Notes under the pieces: model-generated
The model's input: only the letters and a program-made list of their open reading frames with translations
The model's database searches: none
Told to the model about the DNA's origin: nothing
Source of the DNA: Chiloscyllium plagiosum
Lineage: Eukaryota
Direction: 5' to 3'
DNA length: 64,000 bases
Assembly: GCF_004010195.1 (NCBI RefSeq)
Contig: NC_057719.1
Location: 34,153,042 to 34,217,041, forward strand
Made by a program: the position numbers and the translations under genes
Part shown: piece by piece, positions 49,493-62,760 of the stretch
Numbering within the stretch: position 1 is the stretch's first letter
How the letters are laid out: each line of letters starts with the position of its first letter

Positions 49493-50919
49493 TTTTGCTC
49501 TATTAGTCTGTCAACTGCATTTTCTGTATTTCAAATTTTTATTTCAAATCAAAGCATTACTCCATAACTTGTAACAGCCTTCATCATTATTTTAGCTTCA
49601 TGCTGCAGAGACACCAGAACATTGTTGTAATGAAGCAAATTTCACCAATAAACACTTTGTTGAACTAGTAATATCTCCTGGAAATGTTATTTTCAGGAGG
49701 TAGAGGTGAATATTTAACCTGATGAATGCATGCATTGTGCGTATTTTCTATATTGAAAATGGTGTTGCTGGAGATGAGAGACAAATTACACGTTGGTGAT
49801 AATAGCTGATAAAAACTAATAGCTGACGGAGGTAACATTATTTTAAGATAATAAAAAGAGGAATTTCCGAAGACTATACAAAGCCTTGAAAGACGAATAT
49901 CAGCCACAACTTTCTTAACAGCAATTTCTGGAAAGCAGCAATATTCTGTAAAAGGTTACTTTTTTTTGAAGACAGAATTATTAGATGTTTATCCTTTACA
50001 TTTTCCAATATGGCTTTAAATATAATCTTTCCAATAAAAATGCAAGCTATGAATACAGGATAGAACTATTTAGCATTTGCAGTCTGGGTTTTAAAAGGCA
50101 CAAGACACCTTTATAAATTTTTTCTCATTCTGATGTTAGTTTTGATTAGCTACTTCATTGCAGGCTGGTGCTGGCAACAATCCTTTACTTAACTGCATCA
50201 ATCCAGAAGAAACCTTAGCCAGCCACCTGCTTCTGTTGGTTGCAAAATATTCAGAGAAAGAAAACCACATCATGCACTGGGACAAGCACACTCCCTAAAT
50301 AGAATAATTGATAGCTGGAATCGCCTCAATAAGTAAAAGATATGTCAAAGTGTTTTTTTTAAGGAATTAGTGCGCCCAGTGCAGAGCCTCATGCACCAGG
50401 AGCATGTGTAACACAGGTGAAAAAGCAAGCAGAGTGTGTTGACTGTTTGCCTGAACTCCCAGTATGTCCTCCTGCATATGGAAATTGATACGCAAACAGT
50501 AATGTATAAAAGGTACTTTATTAATAATAAACAAGAATCATATATTTGGATCATTAAATGCAAGTTACAGGTATTTTAATTCATTCAAGACAAACTGAAT
50601 GGAAATATGGGGCAACAGTCTTGCATTTTTCCAATGGGTGCAGCTGATGACTTAAAGACCTGACTATTGACTCCAATGCCACATATTCAGTATTCCTGTG
50701 GTATGAGCTGAGCTCCCAGCTCCTCCCTTTGTACTTTTTTGTGACTGATATTGAATTGAACAACAGCGTTCCTCCAATCTGCCAAGTAAGAGGTTACAAT
50801 TGATTGTAGCAATTCTGTGCTGCTGGTTAATCCAGTCTCAATAGTACAAGCTCCTACATGGTGATGGTTCATTGGTGATGGTGTCAAAACACAGCTCATT
50901 TGTCACACCACTAGCTTTC

Positions 50920-51920
50920 ATGTGTTATGCTGATGACACCCAGGTCTACCACACCCTCAACTCTTCTGACTTCTCCACACTTGCTAAATTATCATTTGGC
51001 TTATTTGACATCCAGTACAGGGTGAGCGTAAATTTCCTCCAATTTTATTTTAGGAGGACAAAAATCACTGTTTTTGGCCCAGTTCTACATTTAGTTCATC
51101 TCTCACCCCAACAACAATATTAGAGTAAATCAAACTTGTTTGTAATGTCCTGATCACAATTGACGATTTGAAGACAGTTTTCTGACCACAGATTCACAGT
51201 TTCACAAAGAATATTTTTATCCACCTCTGTAAGATTATTCAATTGGACCTTATCACTGTTGCCGAAACTTTCATTCGTGTCTTTGTTACCTCAAGATTTG
51301 ACTATTGCAAAGCAGTGCCACACCCAACACAAACACAACAGCTCAACCCCTGACCTAACCACTGTAAACTCGTAGAGCCCTGGACCTCAGTTACTGGGCA
51401 CTGACGGAATTCCTGTCCCAGTCCCTGTTGCACTGACCTGCATTGACTCCTGTTCAATCAGTATTTGGTTTTAAATTTCTCCGAATCGATAGCGAATGAT
51501 GCTGGAATGAGGCAGCATCTGATGAACAATAGAGTTGACGTTTCGGACAGGACCCTTCATCAGTCCTGCTCCTCAGATGCTGCCTAACCTGCTGTGCTTT
51601 TTCCAGCGTCACACTTTATCTAGTCTGAATCTCCAGCATCTGCAGTCCTCATTATCTCCCTTCTAAATTTCTCATCCTTGTTTCTAAATTCATCCATGAC
51701 CTTGCTTCCTCACCATCTCTGTCATCTCAACCCTCTGAGATATCATTACTGAATTCTGAACTTCTCAGTATCTCAGACTTTAATCATTCCACAGTGGCTG
51801 TTCTTTTAGTTATGTCTCAGTTCAATTTCCTTCCTCAAAATATGCCTTAAGTTCTCTCGCCCTTTCACTAAGCATTTGGACAACTGAGTAAATGCCTCCT
51901 TGTGTATTTTGGTATCATAC
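50920..51920 (+). mobile_element. L2-clade LINE remnant
   Basis: FMCYADDTQVY; ETFIRVFVTSRFDYC; LH*LL..FKFLILV motifs. Confidence 0.75.
51482..51663. mobile_element. Family A element, partly inverted
   Basis: TSD TAAATTTCTC (51472-51481 / 51664-51673); hammerhead remnant on - strand 51533-51563. Confidence 0.8.
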
Positions 51921-52189
51921 ATGGTGTCATAAGGTTCCTTTGTGGCTAATTGTGACATGTTAAGTCTAAATTTACCTGGAAGGGTTTTCCCTAGCCCCCA
52001 GCTGAAGAGCTGGGGACAAACTAGCCTCCACTTGGCTGAATCATCCCGATCCCTAATCATGCCCGTTCAGCTATTAGTTAGTTCTGAGGAAAGCATTCAG
52101 CCCGTATAGGAGGAAGATCTATGCACAATATTTGCAAAGCCATCAGGGATGCCAAGAGACAATATCAAACTAAACTAGAGTCCCACACT

Positions 52190-52430
52190 AACCATACATA
52201 CACATGTCAACTGTGCAAGGCTCTTAACAGACTTATGAACGGACCTTGCATATACTGGAGTTGATTTTTTTCTGCACCTTCTCTGTAGTTATAACACTAT
52301 ATTCTGCATTCTGTTCTATTACCTTGATGTACTTATGTAAGGCATGATTTGTCTGATTATCATGCAAAACAATATTGTTTCACTGTATCTCAGTACATGC
52401 GACAATAATAAATCAAATCAAATCAAATCA
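52190..52430 (+). mobile_element. LINE 3' UTR (Rex1-like)
   Basis: TTTCACTGTATCTCAGTACATGCGACAATAATAAA followed by a (TCAAA)n tail; resembles the tail of 12676-14545. Confidence 0.65.
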
Positions 52431-52989
52431 CCTCTGAGACTTCACAACAATGATGATCAATGTAGCTGTTATGTTTGTCTCAGTTATTATGCAATATAAC
52501 ATTGTGATTTGCTCATGATATCATTACTGCATCATATTAAGTGACGTGAAGATAAAAAGATCTCAAGATCCATCTTAACTGGAGCCATTTGAAACATGAC
52601 TCAGTGGTGGTAGCGTGCTACTCTTTGTAACTGATCAGTTTAATTTTAGCCTAGAGACTGAAATGTCTATGACTACACTATAGAGTCTATTGAATCTTAC
52701 AACATCAATGTACCCACAGTTAGTTCTTACACTACATGCACTAATACAAGCATTGCTGCATCAAGTACAAATATCCTGCCAGTTGCAAAGCCCAAACTAC
52801 AGTGGCATTTGGAAAAAACATAAGCCATAACATTTTTTTTTGTTTTTCATTATGGTCTAAAATAAAGAAAAACTATTTTTAAAACCAAGGATCGAGGAAG
52901 GAATTGCTACACATTTGAAAACAAGTTGCTAGAACTCATTATGAGTGGTGTTTACACTGTTGCTTTGTTCAATCAGTGGGGGAAGTGGC

Positions 52990-53740
52990 ATTATGAAGAT
53001 ACAGCATTGTGGTGTGTGTGTGTATATGCAGAGTGTGATTTGGCCGGTAACAAAGAGCTAATTGTTTTGTCCAATTGTGACCAATCATAGATGCAAAAGG
53101 CAATTAGCCTGATAACAATTGTCTGTCTCTGATTGGTTTCTGGTCAGCAGACTAGCTTGTGTGTATGAATGATACAGAGGTAGAAAGTCACAAGACTGGA
53201 CGAAGCAAGCTGTCTCTATATCAGCGCAGTAAAAGTTCCCAAAGTTATTTTCTTTTGTCAGCTGCTGTAAGCTGTTGCCTTTAACCAGTAAGAGACTTTA
53301 TTATTAGTTTACCAATTAATGCCCTTTGCTTCCTGAAAGAACCTGGAGAAGAAGATCAGACAAAGAAGATCTTTGGAAGTAAAAGGAACATTTCATCGTG
53401 TCTTGCAGGACTAGTGCTAATGAATCATGTTTCCATCCATAATACCATTTGTTTTTGTTTTTTAGGTTTAAAAGTGGTGGAGAGATGGAAAGTTTGTGAT
53501 TCAACTAATTGGATTATATATTGTTAGCTCATAGTTCTGTTTATGTGTGGCTAGAAACTAATTATTTGTAATAAACAGTAGTTCTTGTTAAGTACAGGAA
53601 CTTGGTCAGTGTTTTCTGTTAACCTGATATCACCAAGCAGGTGAACTGGGGACTTTCCATGCTTTGATTAGATCATTAACTTGGGAACTCTGGGAATAGT
53701 GGGTCTGGAGTATCAAGACATTTTCCCAATTGGTATTGAA
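52990..53740 (+). mobile_element. Possible solo LTR
   Basis: CCAAT boxes, TATA-like motif, AATAAA at 53570, and a 3' end loosely similar to 27900-28003. Confidence 0.3.
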
Positions 53741-54722
53741 CTGTTACTTTAAGATCTTCAAAAAGTAACCAGACAGGCATGAGGGATGCCCCCCCCCCCC
53801 TCAACCTTCAAAATTCTGCCAGATGACATGTAAAGCAGCATAGGCAAAATACTAGTGATGTTGGCACGAGACTTTCAACTAGTCATTCATTGGCAAATGG
53901 GTGAATGGGCTGTCTGATGTCTCTTTGTTGCTGGTAAGATGTGAGGAGATGGGTATTGTGCAGGCATGGCACTACTGTCATAGCTCCCTATTATACACCT
54001 TGCTAGCCAGCCCCTACCACAATGGGGAGGTTGGGAGAGTGCTGTAGATCTTGATCCTTTACTACATAAATCACAACATTATAAAAATATCAATTAGTGA
54101 TGCTTCACTTGTTGGAGAAGCAATTCCACAGTTACATTGATGAATGGGAATTTTTGCTGCCTATATGCTCATGCAAGTAGAAAGGATTATGTTTTAATAC
54201 ACAGCAACAGTCCCTTTAGGAGCTGCAGCAAGCAGAATCTCAAAACAGAGAGATCATGAACACCATCTTTCACTAAATATATAATTTAAAGTCCAATAGT
54301 TGTTGATCCCAACTGCACAAGTACAAATTAATATAAGCAGTCTTGCAGCCCAAATGTGGAACAAGAAAATTCATCCCTATAAGAAACTTCAGTACCATAT
54401 GGAGGCTGCCGATGTATGATCAAACATATCACTTCAGTTGAATATATTCAAGCAGCTGAGGACGGGCAGGAAAAGCCAGCCTTGTCAAAGATGTCCAGAG
54501 TGTTTTTCTTAGATTTCCTGCCTAATCCGCATTCTGATTTTAAACTACTCACTTATGAGGACCGAATAAGTAAAATTAAGTGGGCTAACTGTCAGAAATT
54601 TAGTCAATCAAACGCAGTTAATTAGCATTGAACTGTTACTTCAAATCTTCCAGAGGTGGCCAGACATGCATGAGGGACGTCCCCTCAACCTTCAAAATTC
54701 TGTCAGATGACATGTAAAACAG
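53735..54722 (+). repeat. Diverged ~100-bp direct repeat (53735-53838 / 54627-54722)
   Basis: ATTGAACTGTTACTT...GCATGAGGGA...CTCAACCTTCAAAATTCTG.CAGATGACATGTAAA in both. Confidence 0.9.
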
Positions 54723-54954
54723 ACGAGTGGTTTGTTATCAGATCAAAAGGAAAGTCCCATGATCAATTCAGACCTAACTAAATGAAACCGGCTTGTGTAG
54801 CATGTGTTTAATAATGTCTGCTTGGCCTATTTAAGACTACTCCAGTCTCAGAATCTCTATCATATTATTTAAAATGTAAATTCTTAATGAGCTTTCTGTA
54901 CAATCACTATTTTGCTGTATAGACATGAGTAGAACACATGGGTCACATCACAAG

Positions 54955-56430
54955 ACATGGAAAAATAAGTGGAAGCAGGTATAGGCCATCCGGCCCATCA
55001 CGGGTGATCTGCTATCTCAACCCATACTCACCCCATTATCCCTTGAAGCATTAAGTATCTAGAAATCTCTTTTTCTTTCTGAAAGATATTTGTTGCCTTG
55101 ACCTCCACAGCCTTATATGGTAGACAATTCTACAGGTTAATCACCCTCTGAATGGAGGAATTTCTTCCCATCTCAGCTTTAATGGACTACTGTATATCCT
55201 GAGGCTGTGGACCCTTGCACTAAAGTGTCCCTCCCTTGCTAATTCTCCACGATGCCAGCATCAGAAACATCAAACTCTACATCCAATCTGACCATTCCTG
55301 ACCATCTGACCAGAACTTTATATGTTTCAGTGAAATTTCCTCTCTGTTCTGAAATCAAGTGGATACATGTCGGATCCTCGGATACATCCTCAGATGCTAC
55401 CTGACCGGCTGTGCTTTTCTAGCACCACACCTTTTGACTCTGATCTCCATATCTGCAGTCCTCACTTTCTCCTAGTTGTATACATGTCCAGGTGACCAAA
55501 TCACTCTTCATATAACCAGCCTGCCATCTCTGGCATGTCTGGTGAACTTTTGTTATGCTCCCTTTATGACACATATATCATTTCATTATAAAGGAAACCA
55601 AAGCCTCACACAACACTCCAGGTGCGGTCTCAGCAAAGCCTCTACAACTGCAGTATGACACCTGGATCCTGTACTTAAATCCTCTTGCAATAAAGGCCAA
55701 TATACCATTTGCTTCATAACTACTCACTGTACCTGCATGCTTGCTTTCAGTGATTGGTGTACAAGGACACTCAGGTCTCTTTGTGCACCAACATTTCCCA
55801 GTCAAATATGATTTAAAGCATACTCTGCCATTCTGTTTTTCCTATCAAAGTGGATAACATCATACATAATCATGTTACACAGCATCTGTCATGTACTTGT
55901 CCACTCACTCAACTTCTCTACATTACCTTGAAGCCTCTTTGCAACATCCTCATCATGCACAGTCTTCCCTAATTTTATGTCATCAGAAAATCTGGAAATA
56001 TTATACCAGATTCCCTCATCCAACTTGTTGATGTATGTTGTGAATAGCTGGGTCCCAAACAATCCCTGCAGTACCTAACGAGTCACTGTCTTCCTCAGAA
56101 AAACAGACTTTCTGATTCCTAACTTGTTTCCGGTCGCTAACCAATTCTCAATCCATGCCAGTATATTACTTCCAATGCCATGTTCTTTAAAATTGATCAC
56201 TAACCTGCAATCAAAAGATTTCTGAAAATCCAAATACACTAAATTGACTCATTCTCCTTTTTCTATTCTGTCTGCTTGAGCATCCCTAGTTTAGTTTGTT
56301 AGCTATGGTTGGACCACTTTTCCTCGTGTGAATTTGCACCTGATAGGAATATACAACAGTTCCCGTGCTTCTTAAATATTCACCACTACCTGACCACCAT
56401 CACACCTTTTAGTGAACCTGCCAAATCTAT
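54955..56430 (-). mobile_element. CR1 remnant
   Basis: ANGILAFIARGFKYR; 3' UTR at ~54960. Confidence 0.75.
55372..55479 (+). mobile_element. Family A fragment
   Basis: TSD ATACATGTC (55363-55371 / 55480-55488); ends CTGCAGTCCTCACTTTCTCC. Confidence 0.75.
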
Positions 56431-59221
56431 ATCATGTGGATTTTAAGAGACTACAGTTGGAGACACTTTATGTATACTTGGTCACCATGGACACTACAAG
56501 TTGCTCTGACTTCCCACACATACAGGAGAATCATTCCACCTGGTCAAACTGTCCAACAGTGACTCACATTTAAATTAATCCCAAATGTTTATTTCCTTAA
56601 TTTAAAAATATCAAGTACTGTATACATTTATTATTCCTTACCTGACTTCTCAAACTTTTGTTTAGATGAAGCAATGTTTAAGGACCAACAGCTGCCCAAC
56701 AGCTAATCAATTCAGAACTTTTCTGTGATGCCTGTCTTGGATTGTGGTTTTCAAACTTTGCTCAGTTGCCAAGTGGTGTCCCATTTTGCTCAGTTATCCT
56801 TCTGCCCTGAGAAGGCCCTGAGCTCTAGGGCAAATTTATTGTCTCTCTCCAGTCAGGTTAGACCATAGTCTCATTCTTCTCAGTTGTAACTCTTCCTGTC
56901 TCTGCCAAGTCTCCAATTACCTTGGTAACCATCCTTAGTTACATCTCTTGTTCATAATGCCAGTACATTTCAATTTAATTTTACACAGTTTTTGGCTCAA
57001 TAAATGTATGTTTTGAATCATTGAAGTGGGTCTTTTATTGCATCATTTTTCACTGTTAATGCTGCAAATGTGATATTTGGTGTATGAAACACATAAAATG
57101 GTCTCTGTTTATCTTGATTCAGGGTTAATCTTGAATTCTCCTTTTAATCTAGTGATCTAATGTGCTGTGTCGCTGAGCCACGAAAGGACATTTAAGAAAA
57201 AGTATGGTAATGTATGAAATTACTGATCTGAGTGTGAGGGATAGACATCACAATCACTTGAGATTTAAAAAGCCAGTGGGTATGAAGGCAAGCGCAACAG
57301 AAAATGCAGTGCTTTCTGATCTTATTATCTTTGAGGATTGACTAAAACCCTTCCAGTACAATTTCACAATCCTCTAGGAGTCACTAGTAATCAGAATGGA
57401 AAGCTCAATGGTTGCAAAAACATTAAGCTTTTAATTCTGCTCATTTGAAATTTAAATGTTATACAATGCCCATTTACAGAGAATAAAAACACATTGAAGA
57501 AGATTCATGCTTTGCTCTACCAGAATTATTCAGATAATTTACTGAATGCTCAATGTTATGCACTTAACAGGCTTTGCAAACAACGCTGTGGAGCTACAAT
57601 AAAAAAGGAGAATGTTGGCAAGCTGCTCTGGCAGCATCTGTTCCAACTGATGTATGCTTAATGACTGCTATGGATTAAACACAAAAGCATTATAACAAAG
57701 GTGTAGATCACATGTCTCTGACAAGTCACTGTAGGTAAGACACTTTTAATCAACATGTTCAGATATTTTATAATATGCTACTAGAGTAAGTGGGTCTTGA
57801 AGCCAGGCCTTCTGGACCAGAGGCAACAACAATACCACTGTGCCATAAGAGGACCAGTTGCTAAGTAAATGTACAGTTGCATTTTTTAAAACAGCCCCTT
57901 TTTCATTAAAACAATTGCATGCACTACTATTTGCAGTTACAATTTATATAAGTTACACTATATATGTGATCACTAAAAGCATCATTAATTAAAGAAATGA
58001 TGTGTTAACTCAAGAACATTTCACTACTGCCATACAAGTCTCCTAGTGAAGCATGTGCATTTGTCCCTTCACTATTCATCTGGTATCTGCTCACCCCTAA
58101 AGTGGAGACCTTCATCTCTTCTTGGACATCACAGTAAGTACTTGCTGATTTGCCCTTTAAATAATGCTTGAATTAAGTTGCTTAGCATTGTCTCCAACTG
58201 CAGTTCAAGCACCAAGTGGGTGGAGGGTAGTTTTACCCATGAGGCAGGTTAAAGCAGAAGAGACACTGAGGGTGGGCAAGGCTTGGGCTCTGTCTGTCCA
58301 GCAGTGTGCCACTGTCAGCAGGGAGGTGCGGGTTGGGGGAGGGGAATTGCATTATCTCTCTCATGATGGAAGGATGGGTTTTACATTCCTGTCCTGCGAC
58401 ACTCAGGGCTGGAAAGGTTCACCAGGGAGCTGGCTGTCCAAACATGGTGTCCCATCCCAATGAGATCCCATAAGATCATGGGAACGTAGCATATTGTGAG
58501 CTGATATCATCTCATGATGTCTGAGTGATGGACACAGCTGTGGAGAAAGGGAGATACATTCAATCCATAAATGTCCTGTTAACCCAGACCAATCATCACA
58601 AGGTCTGCAAGCTCTGGAATGCCAGCAGGAAGCTCCTGACTAACAGGGAAGGGTTGGAGAGAGGTGTGTTGGTGGCCAGGGGTGGAATTTTATAATATTA
58701 TATCAGCTGTAAGGATCTGAAAGGGTTAATGCTGAGGACTGCATTAAGCACTGCCCAGTATAATTACAGTTATAAATCAGGCCAGACCCCCTCAAAATAT
58801 TTCAAGAAGATAACCTAGACCCTACATTTTTCATATTTTAAAGACAGATGTGAAGTGGATATTCCAGGTGTGATGCAAATGGTCAAACCACTCAGCTTTA
58901 AGCAAAACAGAATTTGTTTAAATGCTCCAGACATTTCGACACCTCTGCCTTTACGATGTCTCTGTAAAGAATTCCAATGACAAAATAATCATCTAAAAGT
59001 GACAGCATTGCCCAATTAGGAAATTTACAGATTACACAAAAATTGGAGTGTTATTGATAATGAGAAGGACTGTCTCTAGCTATCGTCTAGTATTGATGTG
59101 CTCATAAATTGGGCAGAGCAATAACAAATGGAATTTAATACTGATAAATGTGAGGTGATGCTTGTGGGGAGGTCTAATAGGAAAGGATTTAATCATGAAT
59201 TGTAAGTCCCCAGAGAGTAGG

Positions 59222-60320
59222 AGATTGTGAGGACCGCAGGTGCTGGAGACTCAGAGTTGATAAAATGTGGCGCTGGAAAGATCACAGCAGGTCAGCCAGC
59301 ATTTGAGAAGCAAGAGAATCAACATTTCAGGTAGGACACTTCATCATGACTGGGCGTGGAAAGGGGGATGAGAAATAAATAGGAGGATGGGGATTGGGAC
59401 TGGGACAAAGGTGAGTGGGATGGTAATAGATAGATGCAGGTAGGAGCTGGTTTTGATAGGTTGGTGGGAAGGATGTACCAGATAGGTGGGAAGGAAGATG
59501 GACAGTTGGGTCAGATCAAGAGTGCGGTACCAAGTTAGAGGGTTGTTGTCTCGGATGGGGTGGGGGGATTTGGAAACTAGTGAATTCAATATAGATGCTG
59601 TTGATGCTGTGTGGTTGTAGATTCCCAAAGCGGAAGATGAGGTGTTCTTCCTCCAGTTTAAGGGTGGCCTTGTTTAAGCAGAGGAGACCCAGAATGGACA
59701 TGTCATCAGGGAGTGAGAGGATGAGTTGAAATGGATGGCCACTGGAAGTTGGAGTTAGTTGATGCCAGAGATATTCCCTTAGCTGTTCCGTGAGTTTAGC
59801 CTTGGTCTCTCTGATGCAGAGGAGACCACAACGAGTACCATGGATGCAATAAATGAAGTTCAAGGATATGCAAGTAAAGGGGGGGAAGGGTGGCCAGGTT
59901 TGGAGCGGGGATTGGTGGGCAACAGAATCTAACAAGGGGGTCGCATAGCGAACGGTCACTATGGAATGCAGATAGGTGTGGGGAGGGAAATATATTTTTG
60001 GTGATGGAGTCTGACTGTAGATAGTGAAAATGACAGAGGGTGAAGTGCTGGATTTGGAGATTGGTGAGCTGGAATGTGAGGACTGGGGGAAGTCTATCCT
60101 TGTTGTGGTTAGTGGATGTGAGTTCGAGGGCTGAGGTGCAGGAAATGGAGGAGACACGATTGAGGCCATTGTAGATCATAGGGGAGGGGGAATTACATTC
60201 CTTGAAGTAGGAGGACATCTGAGATGTCCTGGAGTGGAATCGTTCATCCTGAGAGCAGATATGGTGAAGGCGGAGGAATTGAGAACAAGGGATTGTGTTT
60301 TTCCAGGAGGCCAAGTGGGA
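59222..60320 (-). mobile_element. Penelope-like element 3' half
   Basis: KNTIPCSQFLRLHHICS; IYCIHGTRCGLLCIRETK; KLEEEHLIFRFGNLQPHSIN; family A terminus. Confidence 0.88.
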
Positions 60321-60399
60321 GGAGGTACAGTCCCCAGGACCCTAGGGAATACTGAGGAACAAAGGGACCTTGGTGTACAAATCCATCGATCGGCACAGG

Positions 60400-60505
60400 T
60401 AGGCAGATGGTTTAGCCATTGGGAATGCAGGGTTACAGGGTAGGGGGCCGGGAGGTTTAGTGTGAATCCAATGAGCCAAATAGCCTGTTTCCACACTGTA
60501 GGGAA
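60400..60505 (+). mobile_element. HE1 SINE 3' fragment
   Basis: TTAGCCATTGGGAATGCAGGGTTACAGGG..CCTGTTTCCACACTGTAGGGA. Confidence 0.65.
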
Positions 60506-61214
60506 ATATCAGCAAGATGAGGGGACTTAAAAACAATAAAAATTCAAACAAAGCTTTCTGTCTCAGGGACTGATCAAGACCATTTTTATTTATTTCACCA
60601 TCTGAGTAGATCAGTCAGAAAATGGTATAACTGGAGTCCGAACCATGGGGAAATGGAAGAAGAAACAGAAGGCATACAGCTCTACAAAACCAGTTCATCT
60701 CTCTCTGTCTTTCCAACCACGACCAAACCAAGTTTCCTACCCCAAGGAACAGATACAACCCCAAGGACATTGACAAGAGACAGGGTGAACAGTTCATCCA
60801 GAGCCTGCAGAATACTCTAACCAACACCACGTGGAGCGTTGCTCCACATCTCCTGACCAGGACTTAGGTAACTTTGAGAGTTTAATAATCATGAGTAAGG
60901 GAATCTGGAAGGGTTTCATTCAATGAAGTCCATGGGAAAGAAATTTGTTTTGTTATTATTCGTATAAAGAATCTTCAGCATCGATTGTACCATATTGAGA
61001 TTCATTGTACATATTAATCATACTCTTGTTATTCAAATTCTGAAACAATGTCCATTGAATTATTCACCATCCTTTTGAGTGATTTATAAAAGTAAACCCA
61101 CATTTTTGACTCTAAATAAGGGAGTTCAGTTATGACCAGCAAGATGGCTGAATGACCCACACAGGATCAAAAGCTACAGATCTGATGAGTCACATAAGAG
61201 ATTTGGTCTATGAA

Positions 61215-62760
61215 TATGTCTTCAGGAGAATTTTGAATATCAAGGAAAGAACTTCCTCATAATGTACATGAAGATTAATGTGGCCTAGTCATAGATTGTG
61301 GACATAATCCATTCTGGCTGCCCTCAGCAGAAAGCAGCAGAATGGATAGAGAGCAAAAGGCACAAAAAGACCAGGAAAAGACTGTGGAATTGTTATGTCT
61401 GCGAAAGAAAATTTAGAGAAAGGCTCAATATAGAGTTGGAAGCCTTTGAGGAAGAGTCTGAGGTTAGAGGGATGACAGGGAGTAAACTACTGCAGGATCT
61501 CCACTCCACAAGGAAGGAGTATAGGCTTGTTGGGTACCTGAAGATCAAATGCAAGTTCAGAGACTTCAAGAGGATATCCAAAGGTTACAAACCATGGCTG
61601 GCACATCTTTAATGACATGAGGGTAGTTTGCAAGAGAGAGGGTGGTGGCTTACGAGTAGGAGATCCACCAGCTTACCAAAACCTTGTAAAATGCCAGAGG
61701 GGTGGTTAGTCTGACAGCTCTGGAGGCAGTCAAACTAGCCAGGAATGGGAATGGTCAGAATGAGCCTGTCAGTAGGTCTCAGGTATGCAATCCCAGGAAG
61801 AGCAACAGATGTTGGGAAATCCCATGTGTCCTCTGTGACAGCAAAGTGAATCATCAGTGAACAGGTTTGGTCCACCATCAGTGAACAGGGACCAAGGGCC
61901 ATTGCAGAGCAACTATGGGGTGCTTTGCGCCAACTCTGAGCTGCAAATCGTTCTTGCAGGACCTCCATGTTAAGACAGAGTCCTCGATTCACTTCATTGA
62001 ACAGATTGGGAGAATGGACAGGAGTAATGAGGTGGGTGGGGGTGAAATAGAATCTTTCTTCGACCAGCACGGATTTGCTTGCAACAACAAAAAAAAAACC
62101 TGCAGGAATTAAGAGAAGCTTCCATTCTTTTCTGATCTTTCCCTAACACCAGTCCCCAATCTCCCCCAGCTCGGTCACCCCAAATTAACAGGATGTTGCT
62201 GTTATCCCTAGACAGGAAGCTTGTATCAAAGTCTCCCCACAGCCACCAAGGTCACGGTGGAGGGTTTGTGGCATCACAGATGCCCTGAAGGATAAGATCT
62301 TGGCAGCCGGGGGGCATAACCAGAGGAGACTATTCTTATAGGTTGAAAAAAAAGGCATTTGCTCAGAGGGTCTCCAAATGTATTTGCAGATCAGCTGTAG
62401 CCAATCTATGCAAAGGTATCGCAGGGGGTGGTTATCTGGGCATTGCTGATTGGTCCCAATGACTTAGGACACTTGTGGCAAACAGCTCACTCAGGATCAG
62501 GAGTAGGGCTGAGAACTGGTTTGACTCTGAAGATCTTGCAAATACAGAAGTAGGTGTAATATGGAAGCTGAGCCTAACTTTTAAAACTGAGGCTGGAGGG
62601 GAGATCAAACCGAAGGGAAAGCTCCATGAATTTCAGGCCAATAAGCCTCAGAAAGAATGGTATCAGGAAGGAGGTGATGCCAACAAGTATGGATGTAGGA
62701 AGTTGGGCTACTGGACTAAGAACTGCCTCAAAAGGGGAAACACCAATTCAGATTAGAGGT
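61215..62760 (+). pseudogene. Decayed gag-like gene of an LTR retroelement or endogenous retrovirus
   Basis: Purine-rich same-strand ORF fragments ending in the degenerate CCHC knuckle K-Y-G-C-R-K-L-G-Y-W-T-K-N-C. Confidence 0.5.

Noticed and set aside
5219..55479. Recurrent short repeats as a CRISPR-like array
   Set aside because: They are dispersed, TSD-flanked eukaryotic retroposons with no repeat-spacer periodicity and no cas genes
57571..57733. Possible + strand exon (AACAG| ... TAG|GTAAGA)
   Set aside because: Stops in all three frames and a weak polypyrimidine tract
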